A stretch of 64,000 bases of DNA from Octopus sinensis (taxonomy: Eukaryota), in assembly GCF_006345805.1 (NCBI RefSeq), contig NC_042998.1, forward strand, positions 81,840,001 through 81,904,000, given 5' to 3'. Positions 52,471 through 63,750 of this stretch are shown here, one piece after another (position 1 is the stretch's first letter; every line of letters begins with the position of its first letter). A program made the translations under genes and the position numbers. The notes under the pieces are model-generated. The model saw only the letters and a list, made by a program, of their open reading frames with translations. It was not told the origin of the DNA and made no database searches.

Positions 52471-54330
52471 AGGTAGGTAGTTCTGGATTTGGTGCAATTA
52501 GGGTAGATATAGATCTGTAATGTGAATGGTGTATGGGATGTATATGTTATAGAAGACCCGAAGACAGTAAATGAAAGAACCCTGTTAGTATCATTCGATG
52601 TGGTGAATTCGTACATCAATATCCCACATGACTATGGTATAGAGGTCATCACCTTCTGGCTAGAAAAATACCCAGAAGAGATCCCAGGACACATTAACCA
52701 CTGATTCATAATCGCAGAACTCAAATTCATCCTACTGAACGACTATTTCACGTTCGATACAGTTTACCATCGACAAAAATGTGGGATTGCAATGGGAACC
52801 CGAGCTGCTCCAGTGATTGCGAACCTTGTAATGGGTTACCTAGAGCTTAAGTTATATCAATCATCATAACAAAAATATGGCACCTCATTTCATCGCTATT
52901 TAAAAGAGAACTGGAAGAGGTATTTGGATGATTGCTTTCTACTTTGGAAAGACAGCATGGACAAACTCCTCGATTTCAAAATAATGCTAAACAATATTAA
53001 TAGCAACATACAATTCACCATGGAACACAACAGTAAGCAACTCCCTTTTCTTGACATCCTAATTAAAATAGTCAATAACTACATAGAAACAGACATCTTT
53101 TATAAACCTACAGATTCTAAACAATACCTACTATTTAACTCATGCCACTCCAAACACATAAAAATTAATATACCTTATAATCTAGCGAAAAGAATCTGTA
53201 CCATTGTTTCTGACACCTACACTCGTGAACAAAGACTCCTTGAATTTAGATCAATACTAATTAAAAGACATTACCCAATATCCCTAAAAAATGATGGCAT
53301 CAAACGAGCTAAGGAAATAGATATACAAACATTAAGGGAAGCCAACTGAAGTACTAAACCAGACTTAATAATACTCCCGTACATCTCCACACATAACCCT
53401 AGAAACAACGAAGCCTTCAACATTATCACCCAAAATCTTCCCATCCTCACAGGAGATAAAACAACAAAATATTAAGGTCAAACAAACTTATTAAAAGCAA
53501 ACTGCAACCTAAATCGCTGAAAAATATTAACTAGCACAAGATTATATCCATTAACAACAGAGCCAAATGTGAAAAGATGTGGTCGACCTAACTGTAGTAC
53601 ATGCCCCCACCTTTTCAAGGGCTCATAATTCCACTTTAAACAAGGTAAAATATTTAGGATCAAATCAAATTTCACTTGTGCCTCAGAAAATCTAATTTAT
53701 GCCATGACATGCTTAGGATGTGGTAACAATTATATTGACCAAACAGGAATATCAATACGTCGAAGAACCCCTCTCCACAAAGAACAAATCTGCCACCCAC
53801 AATACAGACAGTTGCATGTTAGTGAACACATAGAAAGGTGTGCTAGGAATCTTAATCCTAACTTCCTAATTTTCCCCTTTTATTAATGTTCACAGATCAC
53901 ATCAGTGCAACAAAGAATGAATAAAGAGTTTCATCAATAAATATCTTCTCCAACTATATATGAGCACATATAATACAGAACAGCACTAACTTTTCAATTA
54001 ACACCACTAACCCCCATACATCCTATACACCATTCACATTATAGATCTATATCTACCCTAATTGCACCAAATCCAGAACTACTTACCTCCCTTACACATA
54101 ATATTTTTTTCTCAGGGAATAATAGACATGACACCGTTCATTAACCGGTGTGCATTCTAATCAATAATTAGTTGTATTCAAAGCGATGATTAGTAAATTA
54201 CGAAACCGGTATGCTTTTAAATCTCTTTAGCAATTCACAATAATGACTTTTATTACTTTAATTCCTACCTCAGTTCATTTAATTGTATATATCTTTCGTT
54301 ACTTTTCATAAAAAGCTTTTAATGTTTTTT
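52471..54330 (+). mobile_element. 5'-truncated Penelope-like element (RT + GIY-YIG) with a 73-bp inverted terminal segment
   Basis: LVSFDVVNSYINIP, GIAMGTRAAP, RYLDD, LPFLD, YKPTDS and NLIYAMTCLGCGNNYIDQT. 52471-52543 and 54016-54088 are inverted (70/73). Hammerhead remnant at ~54178-54217. Confidence 0.92.
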
Positions 54331-54380
54331 TATTTCCAATGTGCATTTCCGCTTATTTTTCTTCTTACTCCCCCCCCCCC

Positions 54381-54412
<32 letters not shown>

Positions 54413-54439
54413 ATATATTACGTCCTAAAAGCAGAATTT

Positions 54440-55490
54440 CTATTCTCCTTTTACAGGATATGGTTGATCGATCTCAATAATCGATTCGGCTGACAGCTGT
54501 ACTCTCCCCAGATGTGAAAATACTCGTTCGGTAGGAACACACAGAGACTCGAACACTGTACGATTGCATGAAGAACAGTTTCGTTGTTCTGCCCGCAGCA
54601 TGGGCACATAGGCAAAGCTGTAAGACCGTGTCTCGCGAGTTTATCCCGAAATGGCAAGGCCCGTCGGAAGAACAGCCAAACCAGGGACCTCTTGTAAGTT
54701 GTCCATAGGTCCAGGACCAAAAGTACTTCGATGCAGGTCGGCAAGCTGACTTTCATCGAAACCCGAAGACTCCCCCAGGTCGTCATCACACTTGCCTTCT
54801 ACCAGCCCTCTATAGTACACAGAGTTGGTATCCCCACTGCTCGTTCGGGAGAGAAGCACGAGGCCTGTCGACAATCTGCTTGCCTAGCTCTCACCTTGGT
54901 CTACGTCTGATCCAGCATTCCAGTTTACCAAAAGAGGTGAACCTAGCAAATATCTCATCAACGAACGGAGACCACACCCGCTCACCATTCAGGTATAGTC
55001 AGAGATGTCTCAACCTCAGCGCATGCCTGCACATCTTTAGCCATGGCATCCCTAACCCACCCTTTACAGGCTGTTGGCAGCAGATAGAGTATCTTATAAG
55101 AGACTGCCTGCCCTTCCACAAGATGTAAAAGAGCATGCGTTTCAACTTTTGCCAAGAATCGGGGCACGCACGACGTTTAGGCGATAGGTAATAACAGATG
55201 AGATAAATATATTTGCTACATCCGCCCTCCCTTTTAGGGGTAGCCTCCATCCAGACTAGATCTCAGTCATGGACGCCACCCAGCCCGTAACCTCGCTCCA
55301 ATTCTTCTCTGTCTGGTGGACTGGATCAAACCAGACCCCAAGCATTTTCATCGGACTGCCTGTCCAGCGTCCGACGATGTTGGAAGATGACATGGACTTG
55401 CCACCACTCACGTACTCAGACTGTTACTATTTTTATGTAGTGTACCAGTCCATTCTCGCCAGGGGGTGTCGTATTTCCGCACAGCAGTAA
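54440..55490 (-). mobile_element. Tx1/L1-clade ORF2 C-terminal fragment
   Basis: KMLGVWF, KGGLGMP and RRALPFRDKLARHG..CPCCGQNNETVLHAIVQC, frameshifted. Same family type as 37021-37797. Confidence 0.85.
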
Positions 55491-55725
55491 CTAACGCTGT
55501 ATTTTGTTTTCTAATACATCTACTCTTCAATGGAGATAAATAATAGCTTTTGGATTTATAACATTTCTCCCTCTTATAACCATAAGTATGTGTGTGTATG
55601 AGTGGGAGTATGTGTGTGTATACATATGTATATATATATATAATTGAGATTCAGTTGAATTAGGTACTTAGGTTGAAGCGCCAAGCCAGTGCGGTATTAT
55701 CCGTACAACTCAAAAGTAAGGTGAA

Positions 55726-56180
55726 TAAAATCAAAATAAGCAACGGAATATCAAGAGGTGATGCAGTACGGCCGTTTCAAGCACCACCATTTAATTAAAA
55801 AATGCAACCATTACATCAGTTTAAATGCAGGGCTATCCTCAGCTGCTTAAATAAATAGATTTTTTAATCAGTTGGACACATTAATATAACTTTACCCAAA
55901 TTCTCTAATAGAGCAAGAAGAGGGAAAGTGTCCAAGTTGCTACTTATGTAGCTAAGGATACATTAGTAGCAACATGGACTCTTTCCTCCTTGCTTTATTA
56001 GAGAATTTGAGTAAAATTATATTAATGAGTTCAACTGATTAAAAATTCTAGTTATTTATGAGGCTGAGGATAGCCCATCGTTGAAATTGTTGTAATAATT
56101 GCATTTTTCAATTAAATGGAGCCACTTGAAACGGTCGTACTGCATCACCTCTTGATATCATGTTGATTATTTAGATTTTA
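55726..56180. mobile_element. ~455-bp fold-back element with a hammerhead-like motif in each arm
   Basis: Arms of ~220 bp around a loop at 55945-55964. Minus 55763-55846 reads gcag CTGAGGA tagcc..long loop..t GAAA CGGCCG TA ctgc; plus 56060-56143 is the equivalent. Confidence 0.75.
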
Positions 56181-57045
56181 TGTATATATATATTTACACA
56201 TACAGTCACACAAACACACGCACGCATTCACACACACACGCACACACACGCACACAGACACATATATATGGCCTAACTGACTAGCTGATGGGGTGATCAT
56301 TTCAAAGCTGCAATAGTGCGAGGTATAGTGTGACTAATATTGGAAGAAAAAAATTTGATAGTTTGTTCGATACAGTGATTTTGTGATATGCTTTTATATA
56401 TACGTACATTTAAAGAGGAAGAGAATGAGAGAATACAGAGAGATAAGTAAATGTGCGAATGAACGTATGTGATAACATGATAATGACACCAGATATATGA
56501 AGATGTGTGTATCGATGCATATATGCTGTTAGGAATACGACGTTGGTGGTGAAAAAAATCACATGCCTATTGAATTTTACACCTATCTAACTTCTTGTAT
56601 TCATGATTTGTACCAACGCATCTCTTCTATAAATATCTTGGCCTCCATTTTACCATGAGCAACATCATTTCATTCTCGAAATTTTAACACTTCTTCACAA
56701 ATTTAGTACTAATCTTTGTCATTTAATCTTAGCATGAATTTTATTGATCCTTGACTCATGCTAACTTGGCGAATCCCATGTTTCCTAGGTACAAAAAAAA
56801 ATTTAATATCTTTGCTGGCCTTCATATATTGATCGTATAAGCCGCCCCTGGCAACTTTTCGAAGTTACTGTTATAACATGTGTATAGTGCAACTCATGTT
56901 GTGTACCCTTCAATAAATAAATGTTGTATATATTTGTGTCGTTGAAAACACATATATTTATATATTCATACACACATAATACATACATACACAAAAAATA
57001 TGTATATTCACATATGCATGTGTGCATGAGTGTCTGTATATATAT

Positions 57046-57078
<33 letters not shown>

Positions 57079-58303
57079 TATATATTTATATATGTATATG
57101 TATATATGTATATATGTATATGTATATATGTATATATATATGTATATATATACATACTCATACAAACACACGAAAACATAAATATACACACACACATATT
57201 TATATATATAATATACATTGATAGATGGATATAAAATGTTTAAGCATACTTATTTCTGTATATATATTTGTATGTATATAGATATATATACGTGTGTGTG
57301 TTTGCGTGGGTGTCTATGCATATATGTGTGTGTATGCGTGTGCGTTTGTGTGTGTGTGTGTTTGTGTGTGCTGTGTATATATTGGAGACATGAGTGCCAT
57401 AAAAGAACATAAAATCAAGTTTTAATATATCTGATCGATGTACGGCAGCAAAAGTGAGCAAATACACCGCTGGCTACAAGTAATGTCATACACAATATTT
57501 TCCTTCCAAAACTGGGTAACTTTTTACGGTTGCTGTAAATATTTGTTACCTGATAAAAGTTTTCGCAATTTCTGCTGTTTAAAAATTGATGTAACTTCTA
57601 ATATTCTAATGTAGTTTAAAACGTTTCTGTTACATTTTTCGCATTTTTCTTTTTCCAAAATACCTGAAGGCATATATTTGTTATTTTAGCAAAGGACATT
57701 TATTGGAAGAACAGATTACAGCTTTGTTTGCGTATATAATCATAGATGTACGTATGCATACATTTTATATGCAGAATCCTAGGCTGATTGATGCGTATGT
57801 TATAAGAGAATGACACAAAAGAGAAAAGGAGAGCGGAAATTATGCTCCATTTATATATTGCATTTTCAGTGTTTTACATAGAATAGCCCTACATTAGCTG
57901 ACACCAACACACACATATGAACACATATATAGAAAGACAAGGCGCTCATACATATATCTATGCCTATATAATTTTTCTTTATTTTTTAAAGTCTTTTTCC
58001 TTTCCAATATTCAAGTCGGTCATTTACAAAGTGACAAGCTTCCTTTGTTTAAATCCAGACAAGTCATGGGATGGTTCGTATTTCGTTGATGTCTGCATAT
58101 GTACATGATTTTTCACATATATGTCATGGGTGATTTATGGACTTTGTTTGAAAATCTTTCGTCACACATCTTGCGATCCCTTCAGCAACACTTCATCCCT
58201 TCTGTCTCCCCTTCTTCTCTAAATAATGCTATTTAGCGAACAGGGTGTGACACGACACATGGTGTGAGGAGTTGCTGAAGTGATCACGAAAGATTACGTC
58301 AGT

Positions 58304-58343
<40 letters not shown>

Positions 58344-58859
58344 TTATATATATAAAACTGAGAATGTCTGTCTGTCTGTGTGTTTCCCTAAAACTTGAGA
58401 ACTACACAACCAATTTCATTCAGATTTTACACATGCCTTACTTAGGCTCCATGTAGTTTCCTGGGCAAAACAATGTTCAACTTCTTGCCTAGAGTGAGCC
58501 CACAGCAATATCATATCTTCTCCACTATTTCAGTATTACGTGTTAAAAGTGAAACAAAAACATTTCTCTATTTTATGTCAGATACTTTCACTTTAACAAT
58601 AAAAATAATAATAACAATTGAATTATATGTAGTAAGTAATAATTAAAATCAAACTAAAGTATAATATAATCGTAACATAACAAAAGTAAAAATAGCAATT
58701 GGTATAAAATTGCATCAATGACTTGAACTTGGATAAGTGGTTTCACATGAATGGGAAGAAAATAAAAATAAAATTAGCGTGCAGAAATGGAATAGTCCAG
58801 ATGAATAATAAAAAATTAAATTAAAGAAAAGACTATTGTATACAATGTAGAGAAAAAAG

Positions 58860-60522
58860 GTCGCGTTTTTTTGCGCTCTGTAAAATTCGGTTAAAAAAGA
58901 ACAAAAAGTGAATTGTGGTTGCGGAATTGGAACGTCGGTTGGTGCGGTTTCGCGTCGCACTGGTTCTGTGCGTCGCACGTTTTCTGTTCGGGAGGCCGTT
59001 TTTCGGTCTGAGGCGACTATGAGCCGCCTCTACCAAACGGATGAGATGGAAGGGAGAAATTTCTCTGAAAATTCGTCGACATCTGAGGAGGAGTTGGCGG
59101 TGAAAAAAATGGAAAGCACCTACGCAGGTATAACGAAGAAGTCAACAGAAAAAGAGATAGACCTGGCTAAGTTGACGGACTTCCAGGAGTTCATGAAGGA
59201 GGAGGAGAACGGAGAGGTTGAGCTGTTGCCTCTAGCAGGGCGCGGAGACTGGTTCCATCGTAGAACCATTAAATATAAAGTATTTATGAATGGAGGTAGA
59301 AAAATGGAAGTGATTAACATGGAAGCAATTGAAGAGGCTTTCAAACAGACAGGAGAAGAAATTGTGTACATGACAAAAGGATTAGAATATGGAACCATAA
59401 CGGTACAATTTAAAAGTGAGAAAGCAGCCAGGAATATAGCAGCCAAGGTGGTGAGTACAGAAAAGTTTTACTTGTTCCCCTCGTATTTGAATAGAAGGAC
59501 CACCAGAATTAGGGTGGAAGGAATACCTCCACACCTAGAGGGCGAATTAATAACGGCTGCGGTTATCAAAGGAAATGAAGATAAAGTGGACATCCTCCAC
59601 GCCATTATGAAATATGAAGGCGTGAGAGGTGCCACACTAGTAATGAACATACAGACGGAGGCGGAAGTTATAGAAAAGCTTACGGACAGTATAAAAACTG
59701 GAAATATTATTATGAGAGTGTGGGTGGAGGGTAGGGCGCCCAGGTGCTACAAGTGTGGCCTGAGGGGTCACATAAGAGCCTACTGCCCTCCTCCACCAAA
59801 GGAAAAAGAAAAGGAAATTGTCGCGGAAGCCCCAAAAGAGGAAGAAACCAAAGAGAACCAAAGGGAAAAAGAAACGACAGAAGAAGAGGAGATGCAAGCA
59901 GAGTGGGAAGAAGGAAGAAAAAAGAGAAAAAGAAAGAAAAAGAAAAACTGTGCGAAGCCCCAACCCACCCCAACACCACCCGCACCCTCTGAATCCCACC
60001 CTTCCCCTGCAGACAGTGAACCCACCCAATCCCCTCCAACAAGAAAACAAAAGAAAAATACAGACAGACAAGAGTTTGAAAACGAACCCAGGCCGAACAT
60101 TTATATTGTGACTGAACAGAAAGAGGTTGCAAGGGTAATGGAGGAGTATGAATGGTATGAAATGGATGGGACCAGATATGCAGTGCTGGAAAAGAAGAAT
60201 ATAGATGAGTTTGTGTTGAGGTGTGAGAGGGAGAATTGGGAGGTGAAGGATACAAGAATGAGCGATGAATTCGTGGAATATATGGAGGACAGTTTCGGAG
60301 TAAGAATGGATATGGATGGTCTTCGTATTGGGAATGAACATTCAGGTGACAGTGAAAACAAAAGGACAGGTAAGTGATGCTGGCGGAGGGGGCCGTTAGC
60401 ATCGCTTCATATTATCATTTTTTCATTTTCATTTGCTCATAATTTAATCATATTGTTCTATGTCCCCCATGTTTTGTTATGTCCGCCATTCTTCGTAGCC
60501 CCTGGTGGGTAATAAAGAAATA
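58860..60522 (+). mobile_element. ORF1-only Tx1/L1-type retroelement (HAL1-like)
   Basis: CpG-rich leader, intact ORF1, a ~145-bp 3' UTR ending tagcccctggtgggtaataaagaaata, and no endonuclease or RT. The 5' boundary is uncertain. Confidence 0.65.
59019..60377 (+). CDS. Intact Tx1/L1-type ORF1 (Gag-like) protein, 452 aa, with one CCHC zinc knuckle
   Basis: The only long uninterrupted ORF in the window (first ATG is codon 38 of the listed ORF). CYKCGLRGHIRAYC at 59745-59786 (CX2CX4HX4C), preceded by an RRM-like region and followed by a K/E/P-rich tail. Confidence 0.85.
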   Translation: MSRLYQTDEMEGRNFSENSSTSEEELAVKKMESTYAGITKKSTEKEIDLAKLTDFQEFMKEEENGEVELLPLAGRGDWFHRRTIKYKVFMNGGRKMEVINMEAIEEAFKQTGEEIVYMTKGLEYGTITVQFKSEKAARNIAAKVVSTEKFYLFPSYLNRRTTRIRVEGIPPHLEGELITAAVIKGNEDKVDILHAIMKYEGVRGATLVMNIQTEAEVIEKLTDSIKTGNIIMRVWVEGRAPRCYKCGLRGHIRAYCPPPPKEKEKEIVAEAPKEEETKENQREKETTEEEEMQAEWEEGRKKRKRKKKKNCAKPQPTPTPPAPSESHPSPADSEPTQSPPTRKQKKNTDRQEFENEPRPNIYIVTEQKEVARVMEEYEWYEMDGTRYAVLEKKNIDEFVLRCERENWEVKDTRMSDEFVEYMEDSFGVRMDMDGLRIGNEHSGDSENKRTGK

Positions 60523-60524
60523 AC

Positions 60525-60830
60525 ATGGAGGAAAGCATCTTCGAAAAGTGTCTTGGTGTGACTATGAAAGATATCTAATCAGAGGCGGTAAATTCGCCAC
60601 AATAGAAGCAAGGTTCGAGTCAACGAAGCGTGCAAGGGAATACTCGACTCGAACTTGCAAAGTGGAAATATCTTATTTTTACCTTTACATCTGAGACGTA
60701 GGACGTATCGGAACAAAATTTTAATGCCCCCAAAGAAGTAGAGGTAGGCTGGATTGTAGCCACACTTCTATACAAGAGGGAGGACAAGATATAATTGATC
60801 GAAATTACAAGAGACGGGCTAACAATTCTA
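60525..60830 (+). pseudogene. Frameshifted fragment of a paralogous Tx1 ORF1
   Basis: YLIRGGKFATIEARFESTKRARE / LFLPLHLRRRTYR / IVATLLYKREDKI aligns by eye with YMTKGLEYGTITVQFKSEKAARN / YLFPSYLNRRTTR / ITAAVIKGNEDKV of the ORF upstream. Confidence 0.7.
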
Positions 60831-61005
60831 GTCTGGTATATATTTTGAGTATTGTTATCACTAGCGATATCAAGATATAACTTTGTATATTGTATTTTAT
60901 GTGTGAATGTATATATATAGATGTACATGTAATATGTACACATATATATACTCATATATACATGCACTAGCACTATGACCCGGCAACGACGGGTCTTTAA
61001 TGATA

Positions 61006-61045
<40 letters not shown>

Positions 61046-61078
61046 CTCTCTATATCTCCCTCTCTCTATCTCTCTATC

Positions 61079-61147
<69 letters not shown>

Positions 61148-62244
61148 GTATATATGTATCCTGGTTGATCTTGCACTCGTGTGGTGCGTGTAGCACTTTA
61201 GTACACAAGTTTGTGCGCTTCTTTAATGTTAATGCTTGTGTTTGTGTTTTACAAATAGGAATTTGGTGCACATTTCCAACGAAGGAAACTTCAAAGGAAA
61301 ACACTCGTAATGTCTTATAAAGTTTAACTTGTCGATTATATTTGGAGAATGCAAAACTGTTTGCTGGGCCCTCGGCAGGAGGTGTTCTGAAGCCAGCCCT
61401 TTCGGTGTTCATATCGTAGGTATTTGCATAATAAGTGTATAAGAAATGGAATATATAGCTCATTAGATAATAGCGACTCAATACCGTAATCTTTTGCTGT
61501 TACTGGTAGTTGCATCCCCATCTTTTTGTCCACTTTAGTAGTACACCCACACAAAGACACACACATATATATATATCGAACGCACACACACATGCATATA
61601 CATACATCTGCGTACTTCAATTCATTTCTTGAGATTTTTTCATATTGAAATCATATGAAAAATTGTCCTTTAACTTTGACTCAAACGTCTTGGCAACCCA
61701 CGGGAAAAGTTGAAATATCAAGTTCAAAAGAAATATTTCAATCTGGAAATACGGAAAACATATGAAATCTGCAGTACTAACTTTCGTCGACAAACAGTAT
61801 ATATTTCCCAACTGTCATCTGCCCTAAATAACTGATCTGATATTAATAATTTAGCAACACCAGCCAGCACCTCCTCTTTGGTCACAACCGCAACTTATTT
61901 TGAGAAAAATATAATCTCACGAAATCTTTCTTTCTCTTAGGTTGTCATCGTTAGAAACACAACTAAAATATGCAAACTAAAAACATGCGATTCAAGCACT
62001 AGCGATTAGCTGTCAGATCATTTTGTTAAGACTCTTTTGCATGCTAGAGTGAGAAAAATTCCTAGTAGTGGTAATAGATCCGTGTAACTAGTGTCTGTAT
62101 GATGCATTAATTAAAACAGAAAGCAATTTTGTGTAGAAACTGTTTCTCAAACTGCAAGATTTACTAATTGAAATACGTTTGGCAATAGTATAAACTTGCA
62201 GCTTTTGCGGACATATCCAGTTAATAGCCATATGTATATTTCAG

Positions 62245-62345
62245 TTGAAAATGTTGTTGATCAGGAAGGAAAAGTGCATTATCCTGCAGAAATTTCAACT
62301 TCAGTGGAATCTTTAGGTTTACTGCCACGCAGATCTCATCTGTGA
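62245..62345 (+). other. Candidate terminal coding exon (phase-1 acceptor), product unknown
   Basis: tatatttcag|TT GAA AAT GTT... reads ENVVDQEGKVHYPAEISTSVESLGLLPRRSHL* in non-repetitive DNA. No homology recognised. Confidence 0.2.
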
Positions 62346-63299
62346 CAAAAAAAAAAAAGAGAAAAAAACAACAACAACAAAAAAGAAAGCAGGTAACTAA
62401 TGATGCTGCTGTGTAATTACGACCAGCTACGACTATGTAATAGAAATAGTCTGATGATGTGTTCCACGTCATCGTCGACACGATTATATATAAAACGAGA
62501 AGAAGCAGTTATACAAAGAAGGTTCCACATAATCAACAGACCAAGAATGTCCCAGTTAATCAACTTTTAGAACATCTGAGGTTTATCATGTCGACCAAGT
62601 AATCCTCACGGTAAACATAGACATTTGCTAAAATAAATTCTGAGGAATATTAGTTAGTGAATGACCAACTCCATGATGGTCGTTCAAGAACTAGGATCCT
62701 TAGTTATCTCTTCATGCACCTCTCCATAAAAACAAAAGCATTATTTCTTCTACGGTGCTGGCATTACAATGTTCAGAATTACCAAGCGTGTAATGAATAC
62801 AGATATAATTTCATGCGAGTTGAGGCTATTCGGAACTCTCGGTATTTTTTTACGTCACTAAATGTATTGCAGTGTCAGTATTTGGCTATGTGGATTACTT
62901 CTGAGTATTTCGAATTTGATGAGTAAGAATGATTTTATTTCGGTGAAAAAATAAAACAGAACTGAAATAGCATCTATCTCATTGTTGTTAGATAATGTTC
63001 TTTTAAAGATTTTCCCAACACTGTCTGTTCGTAACACTCGAGAAATGCTATCGACCTAATCGGGCCGAGCACATCTGCAGATTATAAAATCCTGCTTTCC
63101 TATACTGAAGTCATTTCTCTTTTTCGTATCATCGTTGTAATATATATTAATTACCCTCAACCGGATAAAATTTCGCTACACAGCTCTGATCCGAATACCT
63201 ACGCCTCGTTCAATGGCAGTAACTGGCGTCGCTAACTGGTATTATTAATTTGCCAAACTAACCCAAAATATCCACGTGACCCGATTATTCAGATATTCT

Positions 63300-63750
63300 T
63301 TTCTACTCTAGCCACAACGCCCGAAATTTTGGGTGAAGGGGCCGGTCGATTAGATCGACTCCAGCACGCAACTGGTATTTAATTTATCTACCCCGAAAGG
63401 ATGAAAGGCAAAGTTGACCTCGGCGGAATTTGAATTCAGAACGTAACGACAGACAAAATACCGCTAAGCATTTCGCCCAGCCTGCTAATATTTCTGCCAG
63501 CTAACCGCATTATCAAGTTTCAGATATTCTCATCTTTACATTCTTTACTACTCTAGGCACAAGGCCCGAAATTTGCGTGGTAGTCGATTAAATCGAACCA
63601 ATTACGCAACTGGTACTTAATTTAAGGACCCCGAAAGGATTAAAGGCTAAGTCGACCTCGGCGGAATTTGAACTGAAAACCTAAAGACAGGACGAAATTA
63701 CCGCAAAGCATTTCGCATGGCGTGCTAATGCTTCCGCCAGCTCGCCGCCT
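63300..63750 (-). mobile_element. Two tandem SINE family A copies
   Basis: ~63300-63510 and ~63541-63750, each followed by ttcagatattctcatcttta (63519 and 63759). Confidence 0.9.

Larger units (their letters stand above)
58341..61006 (+). mobile_element. Putative non-autonomous Helitron enclosing Tx1 ORF1 sequences
   Basis: 5' A|TCtttatatatataaaactgagaatgtctgtctgtc at 58341. 3' hairpin gacccg-gcaacga-cgggtc (60977-60995) then ATAG|T (a CTAG variant). That the two ends belong together is inferred. Confidence 0.45.

Noticed and set aside
59120-60402. Several long antisense and alternate-frame ORFs over the Tx1 ORF1
   Set aside because: They are expected shadows of a purine-rich, low-complexity coding strand, with no independent motifs.
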